Positions 13,002-26,703 of a stretch of DNA of 64,000 nucleotides are shown piece by piece. The stretch is from NCBI GenBank assembly GCA_025201805.1, contig MU619250.1, forward strand, positions 210,425 to 274,424, read 5' to 3'. The DNA is from Parasitella parasitica NRRL 2501. Taxonomy: Eukaryota; Fungi; Mucoromycota. The translations under genes and the position numbers were made by a program. Below the pieces are notes generated by a model that saw only the letters and a list, made by a program, of their open reading frames with translations, searched no databases and was not told the origin of the DNA. Positions within the stretch are counted from its first letter, which is position 1. Each line of letters begins with the position of its first letter.

Positions 13002-14354
13002 TTACAGTGAAATAGCCATATTGTCACGGTTGATAATGCAATTAGCGTCCTTGTATCCGAGGGAATCGATAATATTGCTCTGCTTTGCAAGCATAATACG
13101 CATGATTTCAGCTGATGAGTAGTTGACAATACCCTTGGCGATGGTGATATTATCGACAAGGCCGTTGGCATCCTTGTGCTCCACAACCAAATTCACGGCT
13201 TGGTGCTCAACAAAGTTACCCTCTACTTTGGAAATGGAGTGTGCAAAGAGGTCGTTGTCGACTTGACCATCGTGGATATCTTTGGTGATTGTACTTTCTA
13301 CATAGACTGTGCCAGCTGTGTGCAATCCGTGTAAAATCCACCATTTACGGTCCATCAATGGCTGAGGTTTAGCGACAAAGCGGGTATGGAGAGGAATCTT
13401 CTTGGTGTCAGTGACAAGAGGATCAATGATAGGCATAATGTTTTCAGGTGTGGCGCCACGTGCAATGACTGTAGTGACACCAGCTGCAGTGGCTAAATCA
13501 GCAGCTACCAATTTGGTGATCATGCCACCTGTACCAAGGGAAGAGCCAGGTGCACTGACCTTGATTTGATGTTTCAATTGCTCAATGTCATCACAGACAA
13601 GAACGGGACGAGCGTCAGGGTTGCTTCTTGGGTTGTCGGTGTAGAGACAATCGACATCAGTCATAAGGAAGAGATAATCGGCTTTGACCATGCCGGCAGC
13701 AATGGCAGAGAGTGTGTCGTTGTCGCCAAACTTGATCTCCTTGACAGAGATGGAATCATTTTCATTGATAATAGGCACAACGCCCATGTCTAAGAGTTCT
13801 TCTAAGCAGTTTACAGCATTCAGGTATTGAGAGCGCTATATTTAAAATGATATAACGTTAGTCCTTTTGCATGCGACAATGATAAAATGTTGGTTCTATA
13901 TTTACGTCAGCCAAGTCATTGCGCGTCAACAGGATTTGAGCTACAGGCTGATTGAATTGACCAAAGAGGTCATCGTACATGCTCATCAAACGCCCTTGAC
14001 CAACAGCAGCAATAGCCTTTTTAGAAAGAAAGGGTTTAGTTTATGCGTTTTTGTAAAACGAAAATGTAAGGAACTTATGCTCACATGCTTTACCTGAATG
14101 GAAGCCAATTTCTTGGGTTTTTCAGACATGTTGAGTCTTCTCAAGCCAGTACCAACAGCAGCAGAGGTTACAAGGACAACCCGATGGCCTAATCTCTTGA
14201 GCTGAATGATAGTTTCAACAATTCTCGATAGGTTGCCCAACAACGGATAATGCGAGACTTCGTCACAAATGGAAGAAGTGCCCACCTTGATAACCAAGGT
14301 CAATGAAGCTGTTGTAGGGCGGTGTGTGTTTTGAATATTACGGTAGACGACCAT
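13002..14354 (-). CDS. PRO1: Glutamate 5-kinase with C-terminal PUA domain. Exons 14354-14094, 14016-13906, 13835-13002
   Basis: Motifs [56 protein letters not shown] and KGIVNYSS. Confidence 0.95.
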
Positions 14355-14762
14355 TTTATGTGTATTTAGATAATTTTGTGATTGAAATCAGAAAGAAATG
14401 GATTGCTTTGTATTTATATTGCATTTTACATTAGGGTCTCTCACTCTTTTGACTCCCCCACCCCCAACCCCCCTTTTTCTATTTCCAAAAAGGTACAAAG
14501 CTTTGAACCTTTTTCTTTAGCGGAGCGTGTCAAATGAATAAAAAAGAAGCCCTGTGCACACAACACGCACGTAAATATATAATATGTCCCTTATAAAGTT
14601 AAAGGCTTTTTTCTTGAATGATAATGTGTATATATATAAATCTATATACGTCTGAGATCTAGCATAGAAACGTATGTAAAAGTTGTTATAGTTGTATACA
14701 TGTTGTCAAGCATTGTTAATCGATCAATCATAATATTACAATAAAAATGTGTAAAGCACACT

Positions 14763-14811
14763 GATAAAATATACTATTATGCTTGATCAAAATTGATAAC
14801 GATTTGATAAG
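14763..14811. promoter_or_regulatory. Cluster of three GATAA sites about 410-460 bp upstream of PRO1 (candidate GATA-factor element)
   Basis: GATAA at 14763, 14795 and 14806 (GATAAG). The motif is short and the DNA AT-rich, so chance occurrence is possible. Confidence 0.3.
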
Positions 14812-16499
14812 GGGACCCACATCTTTACAAAAGAGGATTAGCCAAATCACTTTCTATATCAAGCAATGATATATCGTCATTGACAAAAGCCTTGGGTTTC
14901 TTGGTTTATAGAACCCCACATAATGCCACACCATGAAAAGGGGGAGTACAGAGCCGTTTTGATCTTTAAGGGACACCCCCCACGCTAACTATTATCTCAT
15001 CAGCAAATCAAAATCCATATTGCTATGTTTCTCGGCATGTGAGCCTTTTGGCTACCTCTTTTCCTTATGCTTTACATGTTAGTAATAATGTATACCAAGG
15101 TCTCAATTGTGTAACTGTACGTATATAACCTTGAAAACTTTGTTATTATTTTACAAGTCTGTGTGAAAAGATAGTAGTACTTGACTAATAATTATTTGTT
15201 GATGAATATACCTCTAATAATGCAGCTATAAAAAATGAGGGGTGGAAAATGGTTTTAAATAAAGCACACCATCATCCACAGAAACTACACAGCAAGCATT
15301 TCAAAATATTCATGCATAACTTTATCCAACTTTTTCCGCCTTGATGAATATCTTTGCGAAAGAAGCGTTTTCAAGGGACCCACTCATGGAAAAGAATGAT
15401 GACATGAAGTGTAACACAGACGCAACTCTCTACAATATTATGGAGATTGTCGTTATTTTCCAGTCTATACATCTTATCAGAGCCATAATAAATATAATAA
15501 TCTTATACGTGTGTATCACCGCTGTGATATAGTAAATACAGCATTTGATGAAATGAATAAATTAGTTTAGCTGGAATTACAAAAGCAGTGTGAAGATCTC
15601 AAAGTCCAATCTTCCAAAATTGCATGAGATTTCGGGTTTGATCCCCCCAACACGATCAATACCCGTGACCTAACGGACATTTCGTCAGATCTTTTATGTG
15701 ATGACTTGTCATTGCATTCCTTGTTGATATAATAAACGAAACAATTATTCATGCACTAATTATTCAATTTGATATTAGCTGTTCTAGATGATCTATTTAA
15801 AATATTTTTTTTTTCGATAAAAGGTCGGATGATTGTATGTTTTACAGATATTTGCTTATTCAAATGGTGTCATTGTACACAGATTTAGTATGGGAGAGTC
15901 ACCCCTTAACAGCGCAAACAATCCTTGGAGAAACTGCCTTTAGTACATGCTAATGTTACACTGTAACCGAGAAGCCCGATCCGAAATCCTATCTACAAAA
16001 ATATTTCATGTCTTTACCTACTAAATTCAAGTTTGTGCATGTGCAGAAGTGAAGGCTTTATTGACTATTTAGTTATAATTGGATTTTCTTTTTTTATTTT
16101 TTTAAGCTACTGTCTAGATTTTGGAATGACCATAGAGTGCCATACAGTCGAGGCTTTTTACGTCACTTTTCATTTCTTTGCCACTAAGTTTATAGTTTCG
16201 GTGTACGTTTCCATAGCCTAGATTGAGTGATTTGTTAGTAACTGGACCCATATTTATAGCACACGCCGTATATATATTATAACTTGCTCATATTAACCTT
16301 TGATCATAATGACGAAACAATATGGTGCTATGCTTCTGCCATCAATATCAGCCATGTGAAACTAGCTTTCTGTAATTTTTTTTTTTTTTGAGGTTTATGA
16401 TGTTGAACAAGTCAGGCAAGTAATCATGCGCTACTATTAAATATAAGCTAAACTTACTATGCTGTGACTAATTAGTTCATACATAATCAAATCATTTCA

Positions 16500-16524
16500 N
16501 NNNNNNNNNNNNNNNNNNNNNNNN
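16500..16524. other. Assembly gap (25 N)
   Basis: Run of N characters followed by a poly-A tract. Confidence 1.
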
Positions 16525-19500
16525 AAAAAAAAAAGGCGGGAGAATCGATTTGGGGGTATTGGATGATTGAGATCATTCAAAGCAAGATGCCCAATGTGCT
16601 CTTATAATGATTTATCTTCCAAGAACCAAGGGATCATGTCAAAATTTGGTCTTCGGGTTTTTTCTTCAACGCTTGCTAAATACAGTAAATCATTTGAGGA
16701 AAATATTGGAAATAGCGTCATATTTGATTTCTAAAATAATGAAAATGTAGAGTAACTGAATATACATCGAATGTGTATGATCGAACGAAAGACTCAAAAT
16801 TATTCTTTTAAGGTAAAGCCAAGAAAACAAATACAACTTCCACTACAACTCTGTTTCACAGATGCAATAAAACTTTTTAGCTGGATTTTAGCATGAAAAC
16901 ACAACTATGTAAGATGGCATATACTCGATTGTATGTAAATCATGTATCATGCCTATATCAGAGTCTATTAGTAATTAAATTCGATTTCGAAAATATGTTG
17001 ATACGTATGGCTCACAAAACCTCACATATGGTATCCAGAAAAACGTCGGTATCAGGCGATAGGATAATTATGAAGAAGCTGCATAATCTAGTGATATAAC
17101 AGCAGTAAATTAAATCTGAAATTTTCAAAATGGGTATATCAATGGATATGCATCAATCATATTTTTACCGTTTCCCATCAATTTGAATATATTCTCTCCA
17201 AAAAGAACCAATGTGTATCATCAGAGTCTAGCATTAGTAAATACAAGTATAAGCACAAGCAGTTCATGTAATTTAAAAAAAAAAGTAGGATATGTGAGTA
17301 TACAAGAGAATAACATAATCAGAAGAATTGATGACAGATTCATCATACATAATCTGGATAACTCCAATTATCGCTTCTTACTCTATAGTACGGTATCAAA
17401 AGAGCACATTGAAAATAACGATTTTAGCATTGAGCTTTTCCCATTTTTTTATATTTATTTGCTTACTTAGTTGTTACCAAACCCAATAAATATGCTTGTC
17501 TACCATTGATATTTGCTTCCATAGGATACAATGGTCGCCACCATTTTAAACTCAGTTGTCATAGGAACTGTTCCTGATCGGATCTAAAGCCAAATACCAC
17601 TGGTTATTCCAGAATAAATAAAAGTAATTAATAGAATGTCTTGTATAAGAAACCAGCAATATGAGTCCTACTTGTTCTAAATGACGAAACTTATACATGA
17701 ATGATTCACAATTACAGTGATCAGTTGGTTCAATATAAATAGGCTTGCTCTGACTAATACTGTGTTCTAGTCTTCTTTGTCAATTGAACGCCAAACATGA
17801 TCTGATTGCATATCTATTGATTGATTCATGTGGACTAATTCTATGAATATAGACAACTTCTTATCAATCGGTCTTCGGTTTGTATTTGGAAAAGTAACAT
17901 TGTCTCTATTACCTTCTCATTTCATAGATATCGACATTTTCATTTTTTTATCTTCAAAATATTTTGACCAAATATCTGTTATTTATGAAAACCAAAGCTG
18001 TTTTTTTGCTTTACATAACTTCAATGAGATGGTATTTTTTATAATCATATCATTATCTATCCGTTCTGAAAAAATATATTAAACGTGTTGTGCCAGAGTA
18101 AAAGGCGCAGTGAAATGTTGTGTAATTGTCGAATGAAAAGAAGTAAATAAGACTTTCTCTGAATAAAAACAGATACAAAACTGAAGACTTTTATCGACAT
18201 AAGATATGATATCTATTCATACTAAAATATACCTTATTCAATGTTTATCCGCAAAACATCTAACAAGAAGTGTCAAACAATATTAAATCACAGCATTTCC
18301 AGGACAGACCTATTCTTCTGTTCAACATTGAAGGGAAGATGCGAGTAAGATGTCTCCCCGACATCCCGCGACCTGGTCTTGATGTAATCTTTGAATAAGC
18401 CTGGAACCTTGCAAGAGGTTCAATTACAAGTTGTAGCTTATTCCTTATTTGTAAAAGAATTACCAACAATTAATATCATGCTTCGTACATTATAACTATG
18501 TTAGATATGACAAATGTAGCCTTTATATGGATACAACATCACTTACTTTTGCGAAGAAGTGAGATCTACATAGAAGGGAATATGGTTTTATGTCAAAATC
18601 ATTCAGTAAAATGAACCAGCCAAAGAGCTTTACTTTTATTAGAAATACATCTTCTGGATGTATTTATATCAACCAACATTATGTGTTAACATCATAAATG
18701 TATGGCTGTAACTAAGGTTTACTATATATAGCATGTTGTGTAAATCACTGTTTTACCAACGCTTATTGGCTTTAATCCCTTGATCTGGCTACAAGCCCTA
18801 TAGCATGTTATTGATATAAAATATGGGCTTACTTATTCCATGCATTTTAAGCAATGAAAATTCTGAAAACAAGGCTGTTGAAATTCACTGAATTTTATCA
18901 CAATTTTTTTTTAAATGAATGAACAGATTCAAGGCAAAGACACGTATTAGAGATGTACGGATATTACGACTTACCTTAAATCGTTGTTAAGAGCTGAAAG
19001 CTGTTAAAGCTCGCATCTTCTCTGAAGATGTAGTGTACATGGTGTGTTTTCATAGCACCCTTTTTTAGCATGCCTCGATGAAAGCATGGTGGCGCAAGCT
19101 GTGTGAAAAGCGTAGATTCTACAACAATAACTGACCAACTCGCATTCTTGATGTTTACGACCATGGATGTCCTTTCAGTGTAATCAATTCTTTTTAATGG
19201 TGAACTACAGTACAACTCCAAACACTTTGATATAATTTCCCTTTTGCTGTTTTTGTGTCGCAGGTACCACACCCGGGGGGAATTACCTGTTTAATTATCA
19301 CTACCTTAAATTAGTTATCGTAATAAAAGTCGTTCTGTATTTAATTACAATTTAATATCTGTATACTTTTATCTTAGTTGATTTAGTAGTGTATTGGAAG
19401 GAGCACACCTGGTATTTGTTGAGGAAACCAGTTTAATGATGCCGCTGTGGAACCCTTTGTAATACTTTCATGTTAATTTTATGTCGTTCTACTGAAGAGT

Positions 19501-20270
19501 ATGAAAATACTGTTTTCAAATTGATTTGCAATTGCAAAATTCCAAGAAATGACATAAAATTGTTCACAGTACTACTTTGACTAAGCTGTAAATTTTGATG
19601 ACTGTAACTTCGTATTCATCATTAGCATATACCAAAATAGTGCAAGTAGATTGTTTGGTAAAAGAAGGAGGTATCTCGTACATTTCCATGACATATTGCA
19701 TCTATAGTAGTTTTAATCATCAATAGAATAACTGTTTTCTGAGGAAATTTCATTGAACTTCTTTACTCGATGTATATTGTAATGAGTCAAGTAGCTGCAA
19801 AAAAAAACCCCAAAACTCGCAGAAAAGTGAGATGCACATGGTAACATACTTCTCATAAAAGCGTGTTATCTTAACAGTAGCAGACTTAACGTAGCCGATA
19901 GACAGCTCCGTAAATTATCGATGTATAGCAATCATGTATGCACTTTACAAAGCCAAATTTTTTCATTTAATTCAGATAGCATTACGGTTGCTTCCAAAAA
20001 AAATTTATCAAAATGTATATCGTAAAAGCTGTACAATGTGCATCTTTTTGAATATATCGATCAGTCCTTTGACCTTTCAGCAACTGATGCATTTGATGCG
20101 GCTTCTACCGCATGTCTTGCACTAGTCACTTTTTTTTTTTTTTACCTGATCCCTAATTCAATGAATTGTCGTGTCCAGAAAAGTATGAACTGTTGCCTTT
20201 TGTCATTTGATGCAACCTGGATAATATTAACAACTGAAGGAAGCTATCTTTTTTCCAAACTGTATTCGAT

Positions 20271-23200
20271 ATGGCAGCACCACCAACAAAAATAGTTTTT
20301 CTAATTGATGAACAATCCATCCTCACATCAAAGGTCCAGCTGGATCATTTAAAGGTGTCCATCATGCGCATTCTTTTATTTTACCGTTCGCAGCAGCAAC
20401 AGGTTCTTTGGGGATATCGTTTCTTCAGTACACAAACAAGATACGCAGCCAATTCTATCCGACATTTTTATACCCTGGACAAAGACTCTTTTGCCCGCAT
20501 CGATAACGAATACCAGAAGAGAAATGCAGACCGACCTGGCACAGCAGTTATAGGGACGCCCATTATGCGTATAAAGCAAGTGCTCAAGGATGTCATTGGT
20601 GATTTTCAATGGGAAAACACTGATCTCTGCACTTCTAATCCTGCGCAAAACTACATCTTTCTTTTTACAGGATGCCCTTCTGATGAAAACGATTTGTATC
20701 GATTTTTCATTGGTTCTGCAGACCAAGAAGAGCAAGAAAGAGAGTTGGGCGAGGAAATAAACAGTACGAAATCTAGCATAGCATCTTATGAAATACCTCA
20801 GTACTTTCAAGGAGTCAAGGACAAGCTTGCTGCAACATTGCTGCAAAGCTACAATGAACGCCATATTTCATTAAACTTGATTGATACAGATTTCAAATGC
20901 GCATCCAGCAGCCCCCAAACACAGCTTATAAATCGGCTCATAAAACAGGGATTTATGTCATGGCTAGAAATGTTTGGAGGAACATATGCATTGTATCAAA
21001 TGTTGATTCGCAAAAATGACATATATGGCCACTCTTTTCTGTCTGAATTTACAAACATATTCCCTTTGCGACGACAAGCGATGGTAAATACCCACATCCC
21101 TGCTTGGAAGGGTCCCTTCAAAACCCAATTAGGCAAAACTCTCGGCAACTTTGCATTGTATTCGTCTATTCGGGGTGCTCATTATCAGCCATCGTCTTTG
21201 GCTTTTATTAGAGAAATTCGTACAGTCAATGTTGTCCATGCAAGTCAATTTTCAGTCTCATGGCTCATGAAAAGGACAGCCCAAGATGCGAACGTTGATT
21301 ACAAGTTGACTTATCAGGAGGGAGACTCTTTCAATGAGTTTAACATTATCCTCGACGAACTGTTTGCCACTCAATCCATCTTGATTGCTGATTTGGTTCC
21401 CATGGTTGGTTTTGAGAATATGGCTCGAAAGGTTTGTATCGAGCCCTATTCAAGATGCAGTGCTTCACTTCGGTTTTTAAACATTGATCAGCTTCCGTCA
21501 ACACTGAACCTAAAGAATGTAATGGTAGATCTTGATTACCCAATTGGGACGTATATGACCAGTATCAAAGTACAAATCAAATTGCCAGAGGCACCTTTAC
21601 CTGCTAAAAATCGATCGTGCAAGCTGTTTGCTGAATTACCGAATTGGATGACGAAACTCAAAATAGATGACAAGACAGCTGTAGATGAACCGCAGGCAGA
21701 AGAACAGCCCGTGAAAATACCAGTGATAGAGGTGAACTATGCCGAGAAAAACATGCTATTGCCAGTCAATGTGGATATGATGGGAAAGGCATTGAAAAAG
21801 ATTTACTTGGAAACACTGTATACCCAAAAGGTAATCTTTAATAGTAGACGGCATCAGAGCATGACATTAATGCATGTGAACCAGGATTTCATCGACACTG
21901 CAATTATAAAGATCAATAAGTGCATTGCCCATTTGCTGAAGAATGATCATAGCAGGGAGGACATCATTTCTACTATTTTTGATTACACCATGCCGTTAGC
22001 TGATCTTGATATGAAGCACCACAATGAGATCCCTAATGCCCATAATACACCTAGCAGTGGAAACTACTCGCTAGAACAAACGTATCAGTATCAATGGTGG
22101 AGGCATGTCAAATCAAGAGCTCACGTCAGCCCACATTTCGAACGCATGAACTGTGTTGCCTTGAAATTGAGGGAGTAAGTGCTGATAGCATGATATCTAG
22201 ACCTGCAATAACCAACAGAATAATAGAGCTCAACTCCAAGTGATTAATTATTGCTTTATTTGCAAGCTGATAGACAATCCCAAGCAACTTGAAATCTACA
22301 AACGAGATCCTTTTGACGAGGCACGAAATTTCTTTTCTAAAGTGGTTGTCATCTTCAGTATGAACGACGATATCTCTGACTTTTTGACTGGATTAGATTC
22401 TGAAGAAGGCACACGAGCTGCTCGAAAACGAGATCCTTGTGAGCTAAGTGATCATGCGTTTGCTCAGGTTTTAGGCAAAAGGTATGAGCTCATTTTAAGC
22501 ATTTGGAAAAAGCAGCTAATGAATTTTGTATTTTGGTAGATTTCATGAATTGTCTGATTTAGTCGCTTATTTTAAGGAATCTGCTGGAGCCGATGATATG
22601 GCATCTGCATCCTCCAGTGATTCCGAAGATGGTTTGGACGAAACTGAAGAGCAAACCCGACATCAGCCATCATCATCGAAGCGCCCTGTTTTGCAATCAC
22701 GCACTGCATCTGGTAAACCACTGACGTTTATAATAGACCAATTTGATTAACAATCTATACCTCAGATACCCGAATCGTCAAGCCTTACCATCCGCCTCAA
22801 AAGGCAGCTGCAAAACCTTCTCATTCGCTTAAACTGGAATCGAAACTAGCCAAATCCTTCCTTCCCCAAAAGATAACTAGATCTAGTAGCAATACATTAG
22901 ACCTTTTCTATAAACGCATGGTCAATGTGACGCCGAGTACCACCACCAGTAAAGAATCTCATCGTGGTGAAGCTACCAAAGAATCTATTGCGAAAATGAA
23001 ACGTGCTGCAGTTCATGGTCGACCTACAATGAAGCGAGCGGGCAGTTTTACAAAAAGTGCATTGTCGCCAAGAAGACCAAACAGAGCAGTATCCATGCTG
23101 TCCCAAGCGCCACAAGAAACAGGCACCGTTATTCTACGAAGGGACAATAGCATACCAAACCCTGAGACTACCCCCAGAACATCATTGAATCGATACCTCG

Positions 23201-23988
23201 GGACTAATCTTTTTGCAGACTATGCCGAGGCATGCTTGGTAAGCGAGAAATGAATGAAAAAAAAAAAAAAAAAAAGGCTCATTGTGATAAAGTCTCCTTC
23301 ATCCAGGACTTCGCCCACAACGTCCAGAACAGACACCAGTTATGTGCAATCCGACTATCCTCAAGCGCCAAAGACACCGCAAGGAACATCCTCTCGTTTC
23401 AGAAAGATAATGATGGACAGAACACCACAAAGGCACAATGATGAGGACGAAGGCGGCAAAGATGAGTTTAGTGTCACGCTGGATGGCCAGGAAAGTAAAC
23501 CACCTTATACACCTCGCACAGCAGCCCGAAGAGAACGAGACCGCATCGATCGATCAGAAGTTATGCACAATCCAGGTCGGAATCTCACCTTGAAGTTTGA
23601 AAACATCAAAAAGGAAGAAGAAAAAGAGAGAAACACGCTTGCCATCAAACGAAAAAGAGACATATTCGATGACGATGAGGACGACGATGACGATGGCAAT
23701 GGCGATGGCGATGACGATGGCAACGACGATCAAGAAGATGAGCAGGAGAATGTCAACCCTTCGAGTCCCGCTACAGGAACAACAACGCCATCAAGGCCGG
23801 TTGTGAAAAGATCAAAAACATTTGATTTCGACAATTTTTACAACAATGCCTTTGACACACCACCTGTTCAATTTGGTGGGCAATTGAATGGTATCGATGA
23901 TGACGACGACGATGATAGTGATGATAATGATTTGGATACAGTGCTCAATACGAGCAGTAGAAAGGGCTTTGTATCAGCATTAAAATAA
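20271..23988 (+). CDS. Treslin/TICRR-Sld3-like origin-firing factor. Exons 20271-21830, 21885-22174, 22227-22481, 22540-22712, 22766-23238, 23293-23988
   Basis: The N-terminus (KIVFLID, VLWGYRFFSTQ, VIGDFQWE, NYIFLFTGCP) resembles the remembered Treslin N-terminal domain. The spliced LKLRE|AQLQV and IYLETLY resemble the Sld3/Treslin core. The tail is disordered with many S/T-P sites. Confidence 0.78.
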
Positions 23989-24373
23989 AACAAATCACAC
24001 TAAGCCTTGCCCAATGTTGGGGATTTGTTGTGATCCAGCAATCACTCTTAACTTTGTCAATAGTATGCTCACTTCTATCGACGTTCATTGTATGGTTACG
24101 CTCTTTTGGAAATCACCTATTGCCATTGTACATGATAAATCGAAGAAAAGAGGTTCATTGATCTTGAAAATGGATTCAGGATAATCACCCCGTTTTGCTA
24201 CTGTAAATGAAATCAGCCACAAAAGGGTTCGTTTCCGGTTAGGCGAATGGATATATTTAGTGCAAACATCACATTATGCTCGAATAGTCTTGAGTTCTTT
24301 TCTTTTTCTCTCTCTTTTTTCTTCTTCTTCTTTTTCATATTCATTTACTTATATTTATTCGCATCATCACAAT

Positions 24374-26315
24374 ATGAGTTCAACTAATGGAACTGTAAAT
24401 CCATTTGCAACCGACACAACGGGAGAGCAGGCAGGGTTATATAAAGGCATTGGCGTTTCATTGGCCGTAGCTAGTGGTAATACATATTTATGTGTGTGCT
24501 ATAGCCTACGCAGTACAGTTGACCAAGTCTTTCTTTGAACAGGCATATTCATTGGCAGCAGTTTTGTATTCAAAAAGAAAGGTCTATTACAATCAATCGA
24601 AAAAAAAAAAAAAAAAACCAACATCGCCTAAAAGAATAAATTGCTGATTTTCGGTTTATTTGGTTTTGTTTGTATGTTTATAGGAGGTATTGCTGGCGAA
24701 GGCTACACCTATTTGAAATCAGCAATGTGGTGGGCTGGCATGATTCTTAGTATGTTCATTTACACAATTGAGAATTCACAGATTTTTAATACTTTGTAAT
24801 GTAGTGATTGTAGGTGAACTTTGCAACTTCATAGCCTACGCTTTTACTCAGGCTATCCTCGTTACTCCACTAGGTGCATTAAGCGTTGTGATTAGGTAAG
24901 TCATACCCACAAGACGAATACCAAAAAAAAAATACTAAATGATCTGCAGTGCTGTCCTTTCATCCATATTTTTAAAAGAGCGTCTTAGTTTTCAGGGCAA
25001 AATAGGCTGCCTTCAATGTATTTTAGGAGCCATAGTAATTGTTCTGCATGCACCCGAACAAAGTTCAGCAGATACAACGATTGAAGCATTCAAGCATTTG
25101 GTATTATCAGTCGGTAAGTCAGTAAATTTTATGCTACCTGGCATTGCATTCTAAAACGATACGTGTCCAGGTTTTTTGGTGTACAGTGGTATTGCAGTTG
25201 CAGTCTCGTTGGTGTTGGTCTTTTATTGCGGGCCAAGGTGGGGTAAAAAGAACATGCTAGTGTACATTTCTGTATGCTCCTTAATTGGATCTATCTCTGT
25301 TGTTTTTACTCAAGGGCTAGGCTCTGCTATCGTCCATTCAATCACCCAAGAAAATCAGTTTACAAACTGGTTCATTTATCTTGTTTTAGGGATTGTGGTT
25401 GTTACTCTGATAGTTGAAATAGTCTATCTAAACAAGGCGCTAAACTTGTTTAATACTGCTCTTGTTACTCCCACTTACTATGTCATCTTCACCACTATGA
25501 CTATTGTGAGCTCCATTGTCCTGTACCGAGGTTTCGATGCGTCTCCTGTCGACGTGGCGACCTGCGTTCTCGGGTTCCTGAGTATATGCTCCGGTGTTGC
25601 TCTCTTGCATAATTCGAAAAGCCAACCTTCTTCGTCTTCAGAAGACGCTGCAAAACCAAAAGATGACGATGAAAAAATTTTGCTACAGGATCAACAATTG
25701 CAGAATCAACCTCTTTCTCGAAGACGTAGCATGTTTCAAATGTTTGAAAACAACAGCGACGTGAACCTCAACAGTCAAGCTGAGCATCATGGATCAGAAA
25801 ACCCGGGTGCAGCAGACCTGTTCCCTGCTCCGTTTTCGGGCATAAGTCGTTACGCCAGCACAACAAGACGCAGCCAGTCAATCATAACCAGACATCGAAT
25901 GCAGTCTGTTGCGGATACCGGTATTCCGCCTCGTAGTCCAGCAGAAACACTAAAATCAAGACCTCATTCAAACACCACCTCGATTGGGAATGCAAGCATT
26001 GGCGAAGAGGGGTATAATCGAGAAACAAAATGGGAGCATTCAACACATACCGCTTCTAACATACAAGCGCAAAGCGACTCCAAAGATGATCTGATCTTGG
26101 ACACAGAAGATGCACAATATCAATCTCAAGACACTACTACAAAGACATTTACATCGGTGTTTAAACGAAAGCATACAGCATCATTTTCATTACCTACACA
26201 CCGAGCTCAAAATGAACTAGATCCCATCAGCAGTATGAGAATGCAGATCAATAGTGGAGAATCAGAAGATAGAAAAGGGCTAGTTGAAAATAATTGGGAT
26301 AAATCGCCAGAATAA
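24374..26315 (+). CDS. NIPA-family Mg2+ transporter (DMT superfamily), multi-exon. The exon-2 donor is not found at the poly-A at 24600-24617
   Basis: Motifs GSSFVFKKKGL, AGEGYTYLKSAMWWAGM, GELCNFIAYAF...LVTPLGALSV, YISVCSLIGSISV and YLNKALNLFNTALVTPTYYVIFTT. Confidence 0.92.
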
Positions 26316-26703
26316 GTGTATATATAAAGTGGTGGTTCGAGCAAAATCGGCCTGTTTTTTTATTAATATAATATACTACATATACATGTGCAAAAAGCGA
26401 AAATGAGCAGCACATACATTCAAGATTTGAGATTGTTCTCTTCGTAATGGCATTCCATAGCCGCTTTGGTTCAAATAATTTTTACTTTTGAGAATCGAGT
26501 AACTGGGTTTTCGTCTCGCCCGAGGCACCATTATGTTGCCTCAAAAAAGATTTATTATATACGCGATCAGTTCTGTGCTTCAACGAATACCATTACTTAA
26601 TAAATGTTCTATTCTTTGATGCAATAAAAAAAACCTAGCGCCAAGATGGCATAACAATTGGCAGCAAAGAACTTTGGCATCATGATTTATTACATATAGA
26701 TTA

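Noticed and set aside
23254-23292. MKKKKKKRLIVIK start of the 244-aa ORF, resembling an NLS or frameshift site
   Set aside because: It lies in the 23239-23292 intron (GTAAGC...CTCAT...AAG), and splicing joins the frames without a frameshift.
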